The notes: generated by a model not told the origin, from the sequence alone. Positions 10,306 to 21,927 are shown, counted from the stretch's first letter. The stretch: 64,000 nucleotides of DNA from a virus (IMGVR_UViG_3300028840_003271:106005-170004); one strand, 5' to 3'. Made by a program: numbers and translations.

Positions 10306-10678
10306 AACTTTACAAAGACGATATAATGCTTATAAAAAATTACAAGAAGATAGATATCTTGAAAGTTGTAAAAAGCGTCTGACTACTCTTATACAGAAAA
10401 AAATTCAAACAACAATGATTGGTGCTTTAGCAGAATTTGAACAATTGTTTGGATATTTATGGGGTATGGGTAAGGATGATATTGATTTAGACGAGGATGA
10501 ATTGAATTTTCGTCGTCAATGGGATAAGGCGAGAACAGAAATTTTAAACAATGGAAATAGTCAAATACGAGCATGTGTAGAAGAAATTGCTCAATATACT
10601 ATTAAATGGAACCGTTATCATACTGAATTTATTGTAAAACCTAAAGAAATGAAAGATAAAGAGGAAAAAAATGGATAA
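10292..10678 (+). CDS. hypothetical protein (tail module)
   Basis: 128 aa, overlaps both neighbours, GAGG RBS. Confidence 0.6.
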   Translation: MDDHETLQRRYNAYKKLQEDRYLESCKKRLTTLIQKKIQTTMIGALAEFEQLFGYLWGMGKDDIDLDEDELNFRRQWDKARTEILNNGNSQIRACVEEIAQYTIKWNRYHTEFIVKPKEMKDKEEKNG

Positions 10679-11540
10679 CACAAAAGAACAGAAATTTGAG
10701 GAATTTAAAATTACTCTGGATGATAAAGAAGTGGAATTTCGAGTCAATCGACCAAGTTTGGCTGACCAACGAGAAGCAAATAAGGTTCGTAATAGAACTT
10801 TTACTGAAATGTTAAAATCTGGTGCTCCATTACGCCGTGAGTTACAAAATGAGTTAAAAAAGAGAGGAACTTGGAATGATGTTGTAGATAAACAATTGAA
10901 CGAATTAATTGAAAAAATAAATAATGGTGAAAAAAGATTGGCTCAGGGTGGATTTGATTTAGACGATGCTAAAGAACTTGCTTTACAAATGCGACGTTGG
11001 AGGCGTCAACAACGAGAATTGTTATTTGAGTTAAGTGAGCTTACAGACGCTACTGTTGAGGGGCAATCTGATAATATGGCGTTTAATTATCTTGTTTCAG
11101 TATGTACGGTGTATAATATAGATGGAAAATGGAAAAAATATTTTAAAGATTTAGATGATTATTTGGAAAAAATTACGACAGAAGTTGCTTTTACATCAGC
11201 AAGTAAGTTAGCAGTTTTAACACAGCAAATTAGTTATGAGACAGATGCAGATTTAGCAGAAAATAAATTTTTGGTAGATTTTGATTTTGCTGATGAAAAT
11301 TTAAGATTGGTAAACGAGGATGGAAAATTGGTTGATGAAAATGGTAGTTTGGTTGATGAATTTGGTAGGTTGATAGATGAAGAAGGTAATTTAGTGGACG
11401 ACGAAAAAACACCAATAACTGAAAGTGGAGATTTTAAGGTTGAAAATAAGGGATTTTTGAAAGGCGGAAAAGTTGTGTTTGGAAAATCTCATAAAGAAAA
11501 AGTAGAAAAAGTAGAAAAAACCAAAAAAGAAAAAGATTAA
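10671..11540 (+). CDS. putative tail assembly chaperone
   Basis: Directly upstream of the tape measure gene; helical, with acidic 7-aa repeats (LVNEDGK/LVDENGS/LVDEFGR/LIDEEGN). Confidence 0.5.
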   Translation: MDNTKEQKFEEFKITLDDKEVEFRVNRPSLADQREANKVRNRTFTEMLKSGAPLRRELQNELKKRGTWNDVVDKQLNELIEKINNGEKRLAQGGFDLDDAKELALQMRRWRRQQRELLFELSELTDATVEGQSDNMAFNYLVSVCTVYNIDGKWKKYFKDLDDYLEKITTEVAFTSASKLAVLTQQISYETDADLAENKFLVDFDFADENLRLVNEDGKLVDENGSLVDEFGRLIDEEGNLVDDEKTPITESGDFKVENKGFLKGGKVVFGKSHKEKVEKVEKTKKEKD

Positions 11541-11639
11541 TAAACGGATAGGCGTGTTCGGATAGTGTTATTTTTATAATAATTTTACGGACACGCTATA
11601 TTTATATATTTTTTTTTCTCAATAAAAATTTAAGATAAA

Positions 11640-14600
11640 ATGGCTGAAGCATTTCAATTAACGGCACAGGTGGTTCTTAAAGGACCAGATGTAAATAAAT
11701 TAAAGGGAGATTTGGAAAGAAAACTTAAAGGTAAGTTGGTATATCCTATTCGATTTAAATTGCCCGCCGCTGCTGATTTGAGAAAAGCTATAAAAAAGAA
11801 GTTGGGTTCTCTTCAGTATAATGTTCGACTAACCTTTCCTAAAAATGTAAAAACAGATGTTGATGCTGTTACCGGCAGTTTTGAAAAATTAACAAAGCAA
11901 ATTAGTAATACTGCTTTGACTAAAGACAAGTTTATAAATAACTTAAAGACTCTTCAGAAGAATCTTAATTTAACTGTTCGTCAACAACAAAAAGCTACGA
12001 CATCTACGCAGAAAAACGCAAAATCTATGAAGGAGGGTGAAAAGGCCGCTCAAAGTTTTGCTCATGGCATTTTTCTTGCAGGTTCTCGTTATGCGAAATT
12101 CGTAATTGCTACTGGTGGTGCTGTTATTGCATTACGAGAATTAAAGGAGGGGTTGTCTCAAGCAGTAGAATTTGAAAGATCATTATTAAGAGTTGCTCAA
12201 GTTGGTGGGGTTTCACTAAAAACTATTCGTGGATTAGGAAGTGAAATTCGTGACGTTGCTATTCAATATGGTGTGGCTGGTCAAGAATTAGCTGAAATTG
12301 GTTTGATTTTAAAACAATCTGGTTTTTCAATGGAAAAGGTTGGTCAGCTTCTTCCTGTTTTTGCTAAGGCTAAATTGTCTCCAACTATTTCAAATCTACA
12401 AGACGTAGCTAATGCTGTTATTTTGTTACAAAGATTTGGTCAGACAGATGTGGGTGAATTAGAGCGAAGTTTGTCTGCAATTAACACTATTGCTGGACAG
12501 TTTCCGGTTGAAGCTCAAGACCTGATTACTGGACTATCTCGTGCTGGTGGTGCATTTTTAAACACGAGTGATAGGGTGAGAGAACTTTTATCTCTACTTG
12601 GAACTCTTCGGGCCACTACTCGTGAAAGTGCTCAGGCTTTGGGTGTTTCTTTACGTACTGTTATTACTCGACTACAAAGATTAAGGTCTATTCAAACCGC
12701 TCGTAAGTTAGGTGTGGAATTTGTTGAAGGTGGGCAATTTGTTGGTGTTTTTGAAGCGTTTAAACGGTTGTCAGAAGCTCAGAAGCGTTTTCAAGGTCGT
12801 GGACAGAATCTTTTCTTTACTCAACAATTAGAGCAAATTGTAGGTTTAAGACAAGTTTCTCGAATGTCATCGCTTATTCAAAATATGGCGATGGCTCAAG
12901 AAATGTTAATTGCTTCACAAAAAGAAGGTAATACTCTTGCTAAAGATGCTGCGACTGCTCAAGAGGCTTTAGCTGTTCAATTAACAAAGGTTCGTGAACG
13001 GTTGTCGAAGGTTTTTGATGAATTTTTGGCTAGTGATAGGGTGAGAGAATTCACACGAAGTATTATTGATGGTGGTAATGCTTTAATTAGTTTTGTTTCT
13101 AAGTTAGATAATGTTGCTGGTAGTTTAGCTGATGTTGCTCCACTATTGGCTGTTTTGTTTGCTAGTAATAGATTAGGTGGATTTATTCAGGCTGGTAAAT
13201 TGCCTGGTGGTAAGTTACCAAGTGCTTCTGCAAATTGGGCTGGAGTTGGTGGTAAAACTGGATTTTTTAAAAATACAGTTAAAACTTTTGGTCCTCGTGT
13301 AGACACTCCTCGTAATTTGAGACTTTCACAGCCTTTGATGGGTCATATGGGTATGAGTTTTGTAAATCAACCTCGTATTTTACAACGTCGTTTTACACCT
13401 TGGCGTGGTATAAAAGGTTTAGCTGGTAGAATGGGAGAAGGTTTAGGTCAAGCAGGACAGGCTTTAGGTCGGTTAGGTCCAGGAGCAATGGTTGGTGGTG
13501 CTGTTGGTGCTCAAGTAATTGCTCAACAATTTGAAAAATTAGAACATCCGATTGCTCATGGTATTTTAACTGGAGTTACGAATGGATTGTTGGTAGGCAT
13601 GGTGAATCCATTAGCTGGAGCTGCCGTTGGTGTAACTTCAGCTTTTAATGAGTTAATTGATACTCTTGCTGATAAAGACATTGCTAAATTATTTGCTGGT
13701 ATGGAGCAAGAGTTAATTAACTTTAAATTTGGATTACGTGAAGCTGGTGGTAGCAAGGAAGAAATTAGAAATCTTGTTTTAGGTCGTATTAGAAGTATTC
13801 GAACTCGTTTGGGTCGTGCTGAAAGTTTTGAACCAAGTACAGCATCTTTTGTAAAAGCCTATCGTCAGAGTGGTGGGTGGGCAAGAAAATGGTTAACTCC
13901 AATACAAATGATTAATGAATTTGCAAGAGGTGAAGGCGGAGGTATTAGTAGAGATATTAGACAACAAATTAGATTGCAGGCAAGGGAGAAGATAGTGGGA
14001 CAAACATTATCTACTCCAGAGGGTCGTCAATTATTAACGGAAACCCGTGACACTTTTGCTACTTTGTTTAAGAGTTTTAAAGAATTTGAAGCTGATGAAC
14101 TTGGTAGTCAATTAATTTCATTAGCTGTAGAAGCTGGTATTAATGAACAAGCGTTTATTAAAAATACTAAAGAAATTATTGCTAATGCACAAACAGTACG
14201 AGATAATACTAAAATACTACAAACTTCACAACAGTTTTTATCTGCTGGAACTTTTGCTTTACGTAGTCGTTTAAATAGACAACCTAGATTAAGAGATATT
14301 ACTAATCCACAAGGTTCTACAGCAGCGTTGTTTGGTAATGTTGGTAATACTTCTCAAATACGTGAGGGTTTAAATAGATTAGGAGTTAATAGAGGACAGA
14401 GAAGCTGGGGTATAGGTATTTCTAGTGTAATACAAGGTTTGACAGCCAGAGGAACTGTTGGAGACGATGTAACAAATGCAAATATTCAAAAAGATATATC
14501 TAATCGACTTATAAATAGTTTATATCTTGAAGGAATCGATAAAGAAGTTCGTGAATCTTTAAATTCTTTAGTAACGGAAGCATTTGAGGGTGCGTCTTCA

Positions 14601-15746
14601 ATGGAAAATGTTATAAAGAAATTTGAAACTTTAACTTCTGGTAGAATTGAGGCTTTAAGAAAAACAGCACAACGAGAGGATGAAGAACGACAAAATATTA
14701 TTCGTAATTTACGTAGTTATTATTCACAAGCACAAACAACAAGAGGAGCTATTTCTGCTGCTCGTGGAGCTGAATTTGCTTTAGAAGAAACACGAAGTAG
14801 ATTTGCTAATCGGTTTGCATTGCCTAAAATGGGATTTAGAGGTGTAGATGTTGGTAATATAGACGATATTATTATGCAATTACGACGAGTGACTGCTGAA
14901 TATGTGAGAACACAAGATCAAGAACTTCTTCCAGTAGTGGATGATTTGAAAAATAGGTTAAGACTTTTAGCAGATACATCTACACGATTAAAAAATGCTC
15001 AAGAAATATTATCTAAACTTGAAGAGAGGAGACAGGCTCGATTGTCGTTACGAGGAAGCTATTTTGGTGCTGATATTCAACAACGACAGCAAATGTTAAG
15101 AAATGCTATGATGGCAAGGTTGGCTGTGAAAGTTGGCGATTTAAGAAAATTGAGTCCGTGGCAACAACAAGGAGCAATGAGAGGATTTCAATCTTTGGGT
15201 AATATACAAAATCTATTTGGAACAGGTAAATCACGAGATCAATTATTAGATGAACTTTTGTCTAAATCTGGTGGAAGATTACCAGAGGATATGCAAATTA
15301 AAAGAGCACAAGAAAAAGTGTTGGCGGCTATGACTGAGGCTGCTAAAGCACAACGAGAATTGGCCGAACAAGAAAAACAAATGCAAGCACTCTTTTTTAA
15401 TAATTTAGCACAACAACATGGAAGTTTTTTACAACGGCTTGAAGCAATTTTGAAAGGTTTTGGAGGAGGAAAAGTAGCAGGTAATGGACCGTTTGTACCT
15501 GAAAATGTTCAGCATAAATTTAATGGTCAGGTAGCCGTAAACATAAATGGTCATCAAGTAATGGGTGAATTACAGGATGCTATTGGAGATATTGTGAATA
15601 AGGCTGTAGCTCAAGCGGTAAAAGATACGGTTAATCCCGTTACTGGAGAAACGAAAGAGCAAAATCCAGTAGGTAATTGGCGTGGTCATAGATCTAGACC
15701 GTGGTGGGAATTACAACCACACACAACGTGGAAACCAAACGTGTAG
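11640..15746 (+). CDS. tail tape measure protein (TP901-type core)
   Basis: 1368 aa, A/G/L/Q-rich and helical; 'AVEFERSLLRVAQV', 'ATTRESAQALGVSLRTVITRLQ'; canonical position. Confidence 0.9.
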   Translation: MAEAFQLTAQVVLKGPDVNKLKGDLERKLKGKLVYPIRFKLPAAADLRKAIKKKLGSLQYNVRLTFPKNVKTDVDAVTGSFEKLTKQISNTALTKDKFINNLKTLQKNLNLTVRQQQKATTSTQKNAKSMKEGEKAAQSFAHGIFLAGSRYAKFVIATGGAVIALRELKEGLSQAVEFERSLLRVAQVGGVSLKTIRGLGSEIRDVAIQYGVAGQELAEIGLILKQSGFSMEKVGQLLPVFAKAKLSPTISNLQDVANAVILLQRFGQTDVGELERSLSAINTIAGQFPVEAQDLITGLSRAGGAFLNTSDRVRELLSLLGTLRATTRESAQALGVSLRTVITRLQRLRSIQTARKLGVEFVEGGQFVGVFEAFKRLSEAQKRFQGRGQNLFFTQQLEQIVGLRQVSRMSSLIQNMAMAQEMLIASQKEGNTLAKDAATAQEALAVQLTKVRERLSKVFDEFLASDRVREFTRSIIDGGNALISFVSKLDNVAGSLADVAPLLAVLFASNRLGGFIQAGKLPGGKLPSASANWAGVGGKTGFFKNTVKTFGPRVDTPRNLRLSQPLMGHMGMSFVNQPRILQRRFTPWRGIKGLAGRMGEGLGQAGQALGRLGPGAMVGGAVGAQVIAQQFEKLEHPIAHGILTGVTNGLLVGMVNPLAGAAVGVTSAFNELIDTLADKDIAKLFAGMEQELINFKFGLREAGGSKEEIRNLVLGRIRSIRTRLGRAESFEPSTASFVKAYRQSGGWARKWLTPIQMINEFARGEGGGISRDIRQQIRLQAREKIVGQTLSTPEGRQLLTETRDTFATLFKSFKEFEADELGSQLISLAVEAGINEQAFIKNTKEIIANAQTVRDNTKILQTSQQFLSAGTFALRSRLNRQPRLRDITNPQGSTAALFGNVGNTSQIREGLNRLGVNRGQRSWGIGISSVIQGLTARGTVGDDVTNANIQKDISNRLINSLYLEGIDKEVRESLNSLVTEAFEGASSMENVIKKFETLTSGRIEALRKTAQREDEERQNIIRNLRSYYSQAQTTRGAISAARGAEFALEETRSRFANRFALPKMGFRGVDVGNIDDIIMQLRRVTAEYVRTQDQELLPVVDDLKNRLRLLADTSTRLKNAQEILSKLEERRQARLSLRGSYFGADIQQRQQMLRNAMMARLAVKVGDLRKLSPWQQQGAMRGFQSLGNIQNLFGTGKSRDQLLDELLSKSGGRLPEDMQIKRAQEKVLAAMTEAAKAQRELAEQEKQMQALFFNNLAQQHGSFLQRLEAILKGFGGGKVAGNGPFVPENVQHKFNGQVAVNINGHQVMGELQDAIGDIVNKAVAQAVKDTVNPVTGETKEQNPVGNWRGHRSRPWWELQPHTTWKPNV

Positions 15747-15755
15747 GATAATTTA

Positions 15756-17276
15756 ATGTCTACTACAATGACGTATGGAACTTATAGTTTTTCACCAGTT
15801 CCTATGGTGAATATTGCTAAAGTATATCATAAAACAGAAGATGGAACTCAAATTGGAACGACATTTAATATGGATTTGAATGGAGTGTTGACTCCATTAC
15901 CTACTGGTACGGCTGGTATTACTGAAACCATGCATTATATGGATGTTTTAAGACATGCTTTTGCTACTGATGGATGCCCGTTTGTAATTTCTTGTAATGA
16001 CGATGTTTTGTGGAGTGGAAATCCAAGAGTAAATGATATTAGTTTTGAAGAGAATGGAAATAATTGGGTGAACACAATTGATTATACGGTTTCTTTAAGC
16101 TTTGATACTGAAGACAGTGAAGAAGACGACAGTTTAGCACCTCCACATATTGAAAACGCAAGTGAGACGTGGAGTGTAGAGTTTGCCGATGGAATTAATC
16201 GGTTTTCTATTGATTTACCTACTGCTGGTGTAGATGCTAGTCCATATGTTTTAAATATGTCCCATACCATTAGTGCTAAAGGTAAAAAACACTTTATTAG
16301 TTGTAATACTACAGATAAAGAACCGTGGGAATATGCTCGACAATATGTAATAACAAAATTAAGTACTGGAGCTGATTCAGCTTTTAATACACAATTGGAG
16401 GGATCGGGCGTTATCAATCTTCGCTATGATCTTTATTCCTCCTATAATCATATGAGAGTTCAAAATACAGATAAATTGGGTGGGTCTTATTCTGTAACAG
16501 AAAATTGGTTAGTAATGAATACTGGTTTAGGTATTCCTGGAAACAGTTTAGAAGATTTTACAATAAATGTAGATAAAAGACATGATTCAGCTTTTACTAC
16601 TGTTACGGTTGATGGTACAATTCGTGGAGTGGAAACAAGGTCATATGGTTCAGATCCACGAGATTTTACAACTACTGAAACAAAATATGATGCAGCTTCG
16701 GGATATTGGAATACGGTTAAGGATCGTATTTTTTATCGAGCACAACTTATTCATCGAGATCAAAATGCTGGTGAGATTAATGTTTTATCTTTAAATACAG
16801 ATACGGTGTCGGAAAGAGTAGGTCATAGTCCATCTCAGGGTGTAATTACATATAGTTATACTTATAATAATCGACCGTCGAATTGTATTACTGGTGCTTT
16901 AACTGAAAATATTAGTATTGTAGACAACAATCCCGCTGATGTTTTTGCTTCGGTTATGGTATTGGGTCGTGCTAATGGACCTGTGCTTCAGAATCTTAAT
17001 ACTCAAACTGTTGCTTCAAGAGAAATTTCTATAGAATTGTTATGTCGTCCTTCTACAGCTTGTACGGCAGTGGATTTACGAGTACCTAGTCATTTTGTAC
17101 AAGACGATGTTCGGCATTTATTGTGTGAATTTCAAAATGATCTAACAGATAATTACGATCAAGTATTTAAAACAGCAGATTCGGAATCGTGGAATCCAAA
17201 AACTGGTCAATATTCACGTCGAGTGGGCTATACATATCAAAGTTGTACTGCTATGAGTGGAACTACAGTCTGCTAG
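15756..17276 (+). CDS. putative distal tail/tail tip protein
   Basis: Immediately downstream of the tape measure gene; beta-rich, 506 aa. Confidence 0.55.
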   Translation: MSTTMTYGTYSFSPVPMVNIAKVYHKTEDGTQIGTTFNMDLNGVLTPLPTGTAGITETMHYMDVLRHAFATDGCPFVISCNDDVLWSGNPRVNDISFEENGNNWVNTIDYTVSLSFDTEDSEEDDSLAPPHIENASETWSVEFADGINRFSIDLPTAGVDASPYVLNMSHTISAKGKKHFISCNTTDKEPWEYARQYVITKLSTGADSAFNTQLEGSGVINLRYDLYSSYNHMRVQNTDKLGGSYSVTENWLVMNTGLGIPGNSLEDFTINVDKRHDSAFTTVTVDGTIRGVETRSYGSDPRDFTTTETKYDAASGYWNTVKDRIFYRAQLIHRDQNAGEINVLSLNTDTVSERVGHSPSQGVITYSYTYNNRPSNCITGALTENISIVDNNPADVFASVMVLGRANGPVLQNLNTQTVASREISIELLCRPSTACTAVDLRVPSHFVQDDVRHLLCEFQNDLTDNYDQVFKTADSESWNPKTGQYSRRVGYTYQSCTAMSGTTVC

Positions 17277-20200
17277 GAAAATTAATGAGGAAAAAAATAT
17301 GGGTAATCAAGTAAGTCGAGGAAGTTTCTGGGACGCTCAAAGTTTTGCAAATTGGGCAGGACTTACCAGTAATGAATGGAATTTACTCAAAGCAGATAAC
17401 TGTCTTCCCACATCTGTTTTCGGTCCTTTTCCTCAATCTTTATTTTTAGGATGTAGTGTTTCTAATTTTTCATGTTCTGTTGGTTGGAATGAGCAAGTTA
17501 GTGAATTAACAGTTAATCTTGTTCAAGATCCTTGTGAAGGTACAAAAGTATATTGGGATGATAAGCTTTTTATTCGTGTGTTAACCGGAGCTGATCCTGG
17601 TTTTATTGGTGAGTCTATTGATATTATTGGGTCACCTGCTTATTTTCGCGTAGGTAATTTTGAATATACTGGAATAATTCAGTCTTGGGAAAAGATTTCA
17701 AGTTCAAGTATTTATCCTGGATACACTGTTAAATTGGTTGATCCACGAGATATTTTAAGAGGAACGCAAATTATTATTGGTGAATATGCTGGTGGAATTG
17801 GATGTACTGGATTTGCTACCGGTATGGGTCCGTATAACTTATTTAATGTTTACGGTTATCTTGAGTCTTTAGGTTCATCGTGTCCTCAACGCTCTTTGAC
17901 TACTCTTACTGCTGGTAATCCTTATCCTAATAATACAGATTATGTAACGAGCAATAGTGGTCCAGACGGGTCGATGTTTGGAGCACCAGCTAATGGATTT
18001 GGTGGTGCTGGAGTAAATAATAATGGAATGAGTTGGAATAATATTTTAAGTGGGGTTAATTCTCTTGTAAATAAAGTTCCGTGCGTGTCTAATGTTTTTT
18101 CTCCTCATGGAAGGGTTTTGTTTCGTGCAACAAATAGTTCTTTTGGATATGGACTTCTTCCTGGAGATCGTTTAGATGTATTGGGTCCATTTACGAGTTT
18201 GGCAAGTTCGAGATGGTTGGCTGAGTATTTTATAGATTTATCTGAAATTCCCATTACTCCTACATATTGGAGATTAAGTGGAAGCAATACTTCATTACTT
18301 GATGTTATTACTCAAGTTTGTGAAGATGCTGGATATGATTATTATATTGAATTAATTCCGGTAAGGGGGGTGTCGTCTTTAGTTGCTCCAAGTGGAACTG
18401 CAAAATTTATTAAAATTAGAACCGTTAAAAGACTATTACAACCCGTATTAGGACAATTAGCCAATTTTATTGATAGTTCTGAAGGTGTGGTGAGTAAAAG
18501 AGTAGGTACTGAGCTTCGTAACGAGCCGACTACTTCATTTTTGATTGGAGGTAAAAAGAACACATATTATCAAATTGAAGAAGAAGATGTTAGTGGTGAT
18601 GATGCTGAAGGAAATAATTTTAGTGACAATACTATTATTCCGTATTTTGGAGTGGATAGTAATGAAGATGTAATTATACCTACTAAAGTTGAGGGTGGAG
18701 ATGGAACTTTATGGTGGCATTTTGATGCTGATGCAACTTTTCTTGATGAGACCTTACAGAGTATTGATATTTCAGCAACGTTAGGTAGTTTAACCGTGAA
18801 TATTGGAGAGAGGGAGCTTCAAGCTGCTTTGGGTGGATTTGATTCGTGGGTAATGTATGTTGATACGATGGAAACTGATACTGGACAAGTGTTGAATGAT
18901 AATGATATTGGAGCAATGTGGGATTGGGATAAATTTGAGGCTTTTGTTAATGGAGAAGATGCAGATAAATTATTTGCTCCTGATATGATTAATCAAGCAT
19001 TTGCTGCAAATCCATTTTGTGGTTTGGCAAATGATGATGAAGGTACGAAACTTATGGAAGATGCCCAAGCTATTTTTGATTGGGTATATCAATTTGCAAC
19101 TGAATTTTATGGAAAACAGTATCAGGTAAGAGTGCCATATGTTTGTGCAAGAGTGGATAGTGAAAGTGGACAAATTCTTACGAGCGAATCTCCTACGTCT
19201 ACAGGATGGACCGACCAAACTTATATTTTAGGAATGGTTAATGGTTCGACTATTCATAGTTATTTTCAAGATGAAGACGGTCGAACTTTGGCAATGGTTC
19301 GTATGGATGATTTAGATATACTTAATGTGTCCCAACTTGATCCAGATGATTTTGCTGTTTTGGGTGATAGTTATTTTATCAAATGTGATGTTGCAGACGA
19401 ATATGTTTATACCGATAAATCTACACGAACAAGTCCACGAGGAGTAATTTCATTACCCGCACCAGTATTTGAGATTTTGAGTTCTGCACAGCCCGCTCAA
19501 AGTAATTCTCTTATGGAAAGACTGGTAATCGAAAAAATTGATGCTGGAAAACAGGCCGATGCTAATGCTGCTTTAGCTGAAATGCAAAAAAATATTGGTA
19601 ATAAAGAAATTTTTGCTCCTATGGCTTTTCCATTTCATATGCCTGATGCTGCTGGATTTGGAGTACAAAGTGACGTTTTAACGTATGGACCTTGGGTAAC
19701 AATGGGGCCTGCTGGAACAGTAAGAGTAGACCATGATCCAGGGCTTGTGCCTTGGGAATATGGTGGTGTAACGACAATGAATTTGGCTGGAATGTCTAAA
19801 GCAAATGCTGGTATTACTTATCAACAAGTAAGTGAAAAAGGTAATATTGTGATGCCGGGACATCCAATACTTCCATTGGGTGCTGAAATTGGAGCTATTG
19901 GAGGTAATTTTTATGGTACGGCCGGTGTTCATTTAGTTGAAAATCGAACAACAGGATCAGCAGGTAATATAACTGTTGGTATTGGAGGATGGGTTGGAAC
20001 ATACGGACCAAATGTAACAAGTATTGATGTAAGCGTTGGTAGTGATGGTATTGAAACTACTTATGATTTTCGTACACACACTCCTAAATTTGGAAACTTT
20101 GCTAAATATAATGCTAATCGATTAAGAGAAATTGGAAAACATCGATTAAGATTCAATCGTGATTTAAGAGCTTTGCAATTTAGATTACGAAGTCGAAAAG

Positions 20201-21927
20201 TTTTACACGATTTAAGAAAGAATCCTAAACAATTTCAATTTATTGGTAGTGGTCCAAATGTAAGTAAAGTTGTAGATCATAAAACGTGTCCACACCATTT
20301 ATTAGTTGGATCTTTAACAGATTGGCAGGGTGATTCTAAACGAACTCAAATTGCTACATTAGAAGTTAAAGAAATTACAACTCAATATGAGAATTTTGGT
20401 ACAACAGCTTTTGCAGGATGGGAAACATTAATTCGTCCAGTGTCAATGGATGGAGACGGTAATCTTCCACAATATGCTACTGCTTTATCTGGTATTTGTA
20501 ATAATTATACTCCACAGGGTGCCCACCCTGTTATTTATAAAGATAAAAATTTAACACAGTCTGCTTATGAAATTAGTGTGCATAATAATTATTTAAATCC
20601 ATTTTCAAATCCTGCTGGTAAAGAAAGAGATGATGTTAGTGAGAAAGCACCTAGTTCGAGTGATTATGTTGGACACGATATGGATTGGTTGGGAGCCGAA
20701 AGCGAACCACCACAAGGAACTGATGGTGATGGAATTAATATGCGAATTGCTGGATATAACGATTCCGATTTAGCCAATTATTCTGATGACTATCGAATGT
20801 TTGCTTTACGAGGACCTCTTTTATTACAGAGTTGGGGTTATGATTTGGATGGTAAACCCGTGCCTAATGAAGTAGATACTGATAGTGCAGCAGAAAATGG
20901 TACTTTTGAGTCTACTTCACTTACGAAAAAATTTCTATCAAAATGGTTACATAAACCTCATACGTGGCCAGTTGCTCCAGTAGATTTGAGATTTGATCGT
21001 GAGCGAGGAGTGTGGGTATCTCCACCACCATATCGATTATTATATGTGAGTTTGTTGGAGGATTTGTGTGCTGCTTCATCTGCAAAAGCTCAAGTTTCTA
21101 CATCTTTGACAGAAGTGCAGTCATATGATGACGAAGGTAATAATATCGACGATGGATTTATTCGAGTATATGATCACACTCTTAATAATTGGGCTTCAGG
21201 AACATTTTTAACAGTATATTATGATCCATATAAATGTGAATATGTTCCACTTGAAGGACCAGGATTAGGTGTTTATAATATTAGTTGTCGTGGTAATGAA
21301 CATTCACCAAGTCCAATTAAATATGCAACACAAATTGTTTTTGGTACTGGTATTTATGCACGAGCAGCAAAAGAAAATTGTGCTCGTGTTTTAGTAGATA
21401 GTAATCAATGGATTGGAAGTGGAAACGATGGACCGGCAGATGCTAAACCTTGGGAAACACTTATTTTTCGTAAAAATCTTAAAGTAGAAGGTAACGAAAG
21501 TACTTGTACTTATTATGTTGATGCGTCTGGTGGTGATGGTAGTGGTGTAAATTTATTAAATATGACAGGATGCCCAAACATTGACACACCGGTTGATGGT
21601 GATAGTTATAATACAATATGGATTGGTGGCGGATTACATGGAACACATATTAGTGACGATATTGCTCAAATTGATTTAAGTTTTAGTTTTGGTGGAGTTG
21701 ATAATATTACTAATGTTGCTGTAGATCATCCATTTGAAGCGGTACCAACCGGAAATTGTGGAGCATTATTGAAATTTGATGACGATTTTCTACCTACTGG
21801 TACTGGATGTCCAGATAAAATTTGGTATGTAACTGATGTTTATTGTAGTGGTTCGGCTTTAGTGGTTGAAAAATCGTGGTTAGAATTTAATAAATATGGA
21901 ATGTTACAAGATTGTGGTGACGATTAA
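17257..21927 (+). CDS. large tail tip/hub-like protein
   Basis: 1556 aa; 'SLLDVITQVCEDAGYDYYIEL' is a hub-like motif; Cys-rich C-terminus. Likely start is ATG at about 17299, after GAGG. Confidence 0.6.
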   Translation: MELQSARKINEEKNMGNQVSRGSFWDAQSFANWAGLTSNEWNLLKADNCLPTSVFGPFPQSLFLGCSVSNFSCSVGWNEQVSELTVNLVQDPCEGTKVYWDDKLFIRVLTGADPGFIGESIDIIGSPAYFRVGNFEYTGIIQSWEKISSSSIYPGYTVKLVDPRDILRGTQIIIGEYAGGIGCTGFATGMGPYNLFNVYGYLESLGSSCPQRSLTTLTAGNPYPNNTDYVTSNSGPDGSMFGAPANGFGGAGVNNNGMSWNNILSGVNSLVNKVPCVSNVFSPHGRVLFRATNSSFGYGLLPGDRLDVLGPFTSLASSRWLAEYFIDLSEIPITPTYWRLSGSNTSLLDVITQVCEDAGYDYYIELIPVRGVSSLVAPSGTAKFIKIRTVKRLLQPVLGQLANFIDSSEGVVSKRVGTELRNEPTTSFLIGGKKNTYYQIEEEDVSGDDAEGNNFSDNTIIPYFGVDSNEDVIIPTKVEGGDGTLWWHFDADATFLDETLQSIDISATLGSLTVNIGERELQAALGGFDSWVMYVDTMETDTGQVLNDNDIGAMWDWDKFEAFVNGEDADKLFAPDMINQAFAANPFCGLANDDEGTKLMEDAQAIFDWVYQFATEFYGKQYQVRVPYVCARVDSESGQILTSESPTSTGWTDQTYILGMVNGSTIHSYFQDEDGRTLAMVRMDDLDILNVSQLDPDDFAVLGDSYFIKCDVADEYVYTDKSTRTSPRGVISLPAPVFEILSSAQPAQSNSLMERLVIEKIDAGKQADANAALAEMQKNIGNKEIFAPMAFPFHMPDAAGFGVQSDVLTYGPWVTMGPAGTVRVDHDPGLVPWEYGGVTTMNLAGMSKANAGITYQQVSEKGNIVMPGHPILPLGAEIGAIGGNFYGTAGVHLVENRTTGSAGNITVGIGGWVGTYGPNVTSIDVSVGSDGIETTYDFRTHTPKFGNFAKYNANRLREIGKHRLRFNRDLRALQFRLRSRKVLHDLRKNPKQFQFIGSGPNVSKVVDHKTCPHHLLVGSLTDWQGDSKRTQIATLEVKEITTQYENFGTTAFAGWETLIRPVSMDGDGNLPQYATALSGICNNYTPQGAHPVIYKDKNLTQSAYEISVHNNYLNPFSNPAGKERDDVSEKAPSSSDYVGHDMDWLGAESEPPQGTDGDGINMRIAGYNDSDLANYSDDYRMFALRGPLLLQSWGYDLDGKPVPNEVDTDSAAENGTFESTSLTKKFLSKWLHKPHTWPVAPVDLRFDRERGVWVSPPPYRLLYVSLLEDLCAASSAKAQVSTSLTEVQSYDDEGNNIDDGFIRVYDHTLNNWASGTFLTVYYDPYKCEYVPLEGPGLGVYNISCRGNEHSPSPIKYATQIVFGTGIYARAAKENCARVLVDSNQWIGSGNDGPADAKPWETLIFRKNLKVEGNESTCTYYVDASGGDGSGVNLLNMTGCPNIDTPVDGDSYNTIWIGGGLHGTHISDDIAQIDLSFSFGGVDNITNVAVDHPFEAVPTGNCGALLKFDDDFLPTGTGCPDKIWYVTDVYCSGSALVVEKSWLEFNKYGMLQDCGDD

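Noticed and set aside
11603-11622. Partial similarity of the D3 variable segment to AT-rich intergenic tracts (11603-11622, 40174-40185, 58651-58668)
   Set aside because: Low complexity, gapped or no longer than 12 nt; not credible as targets without statistics.
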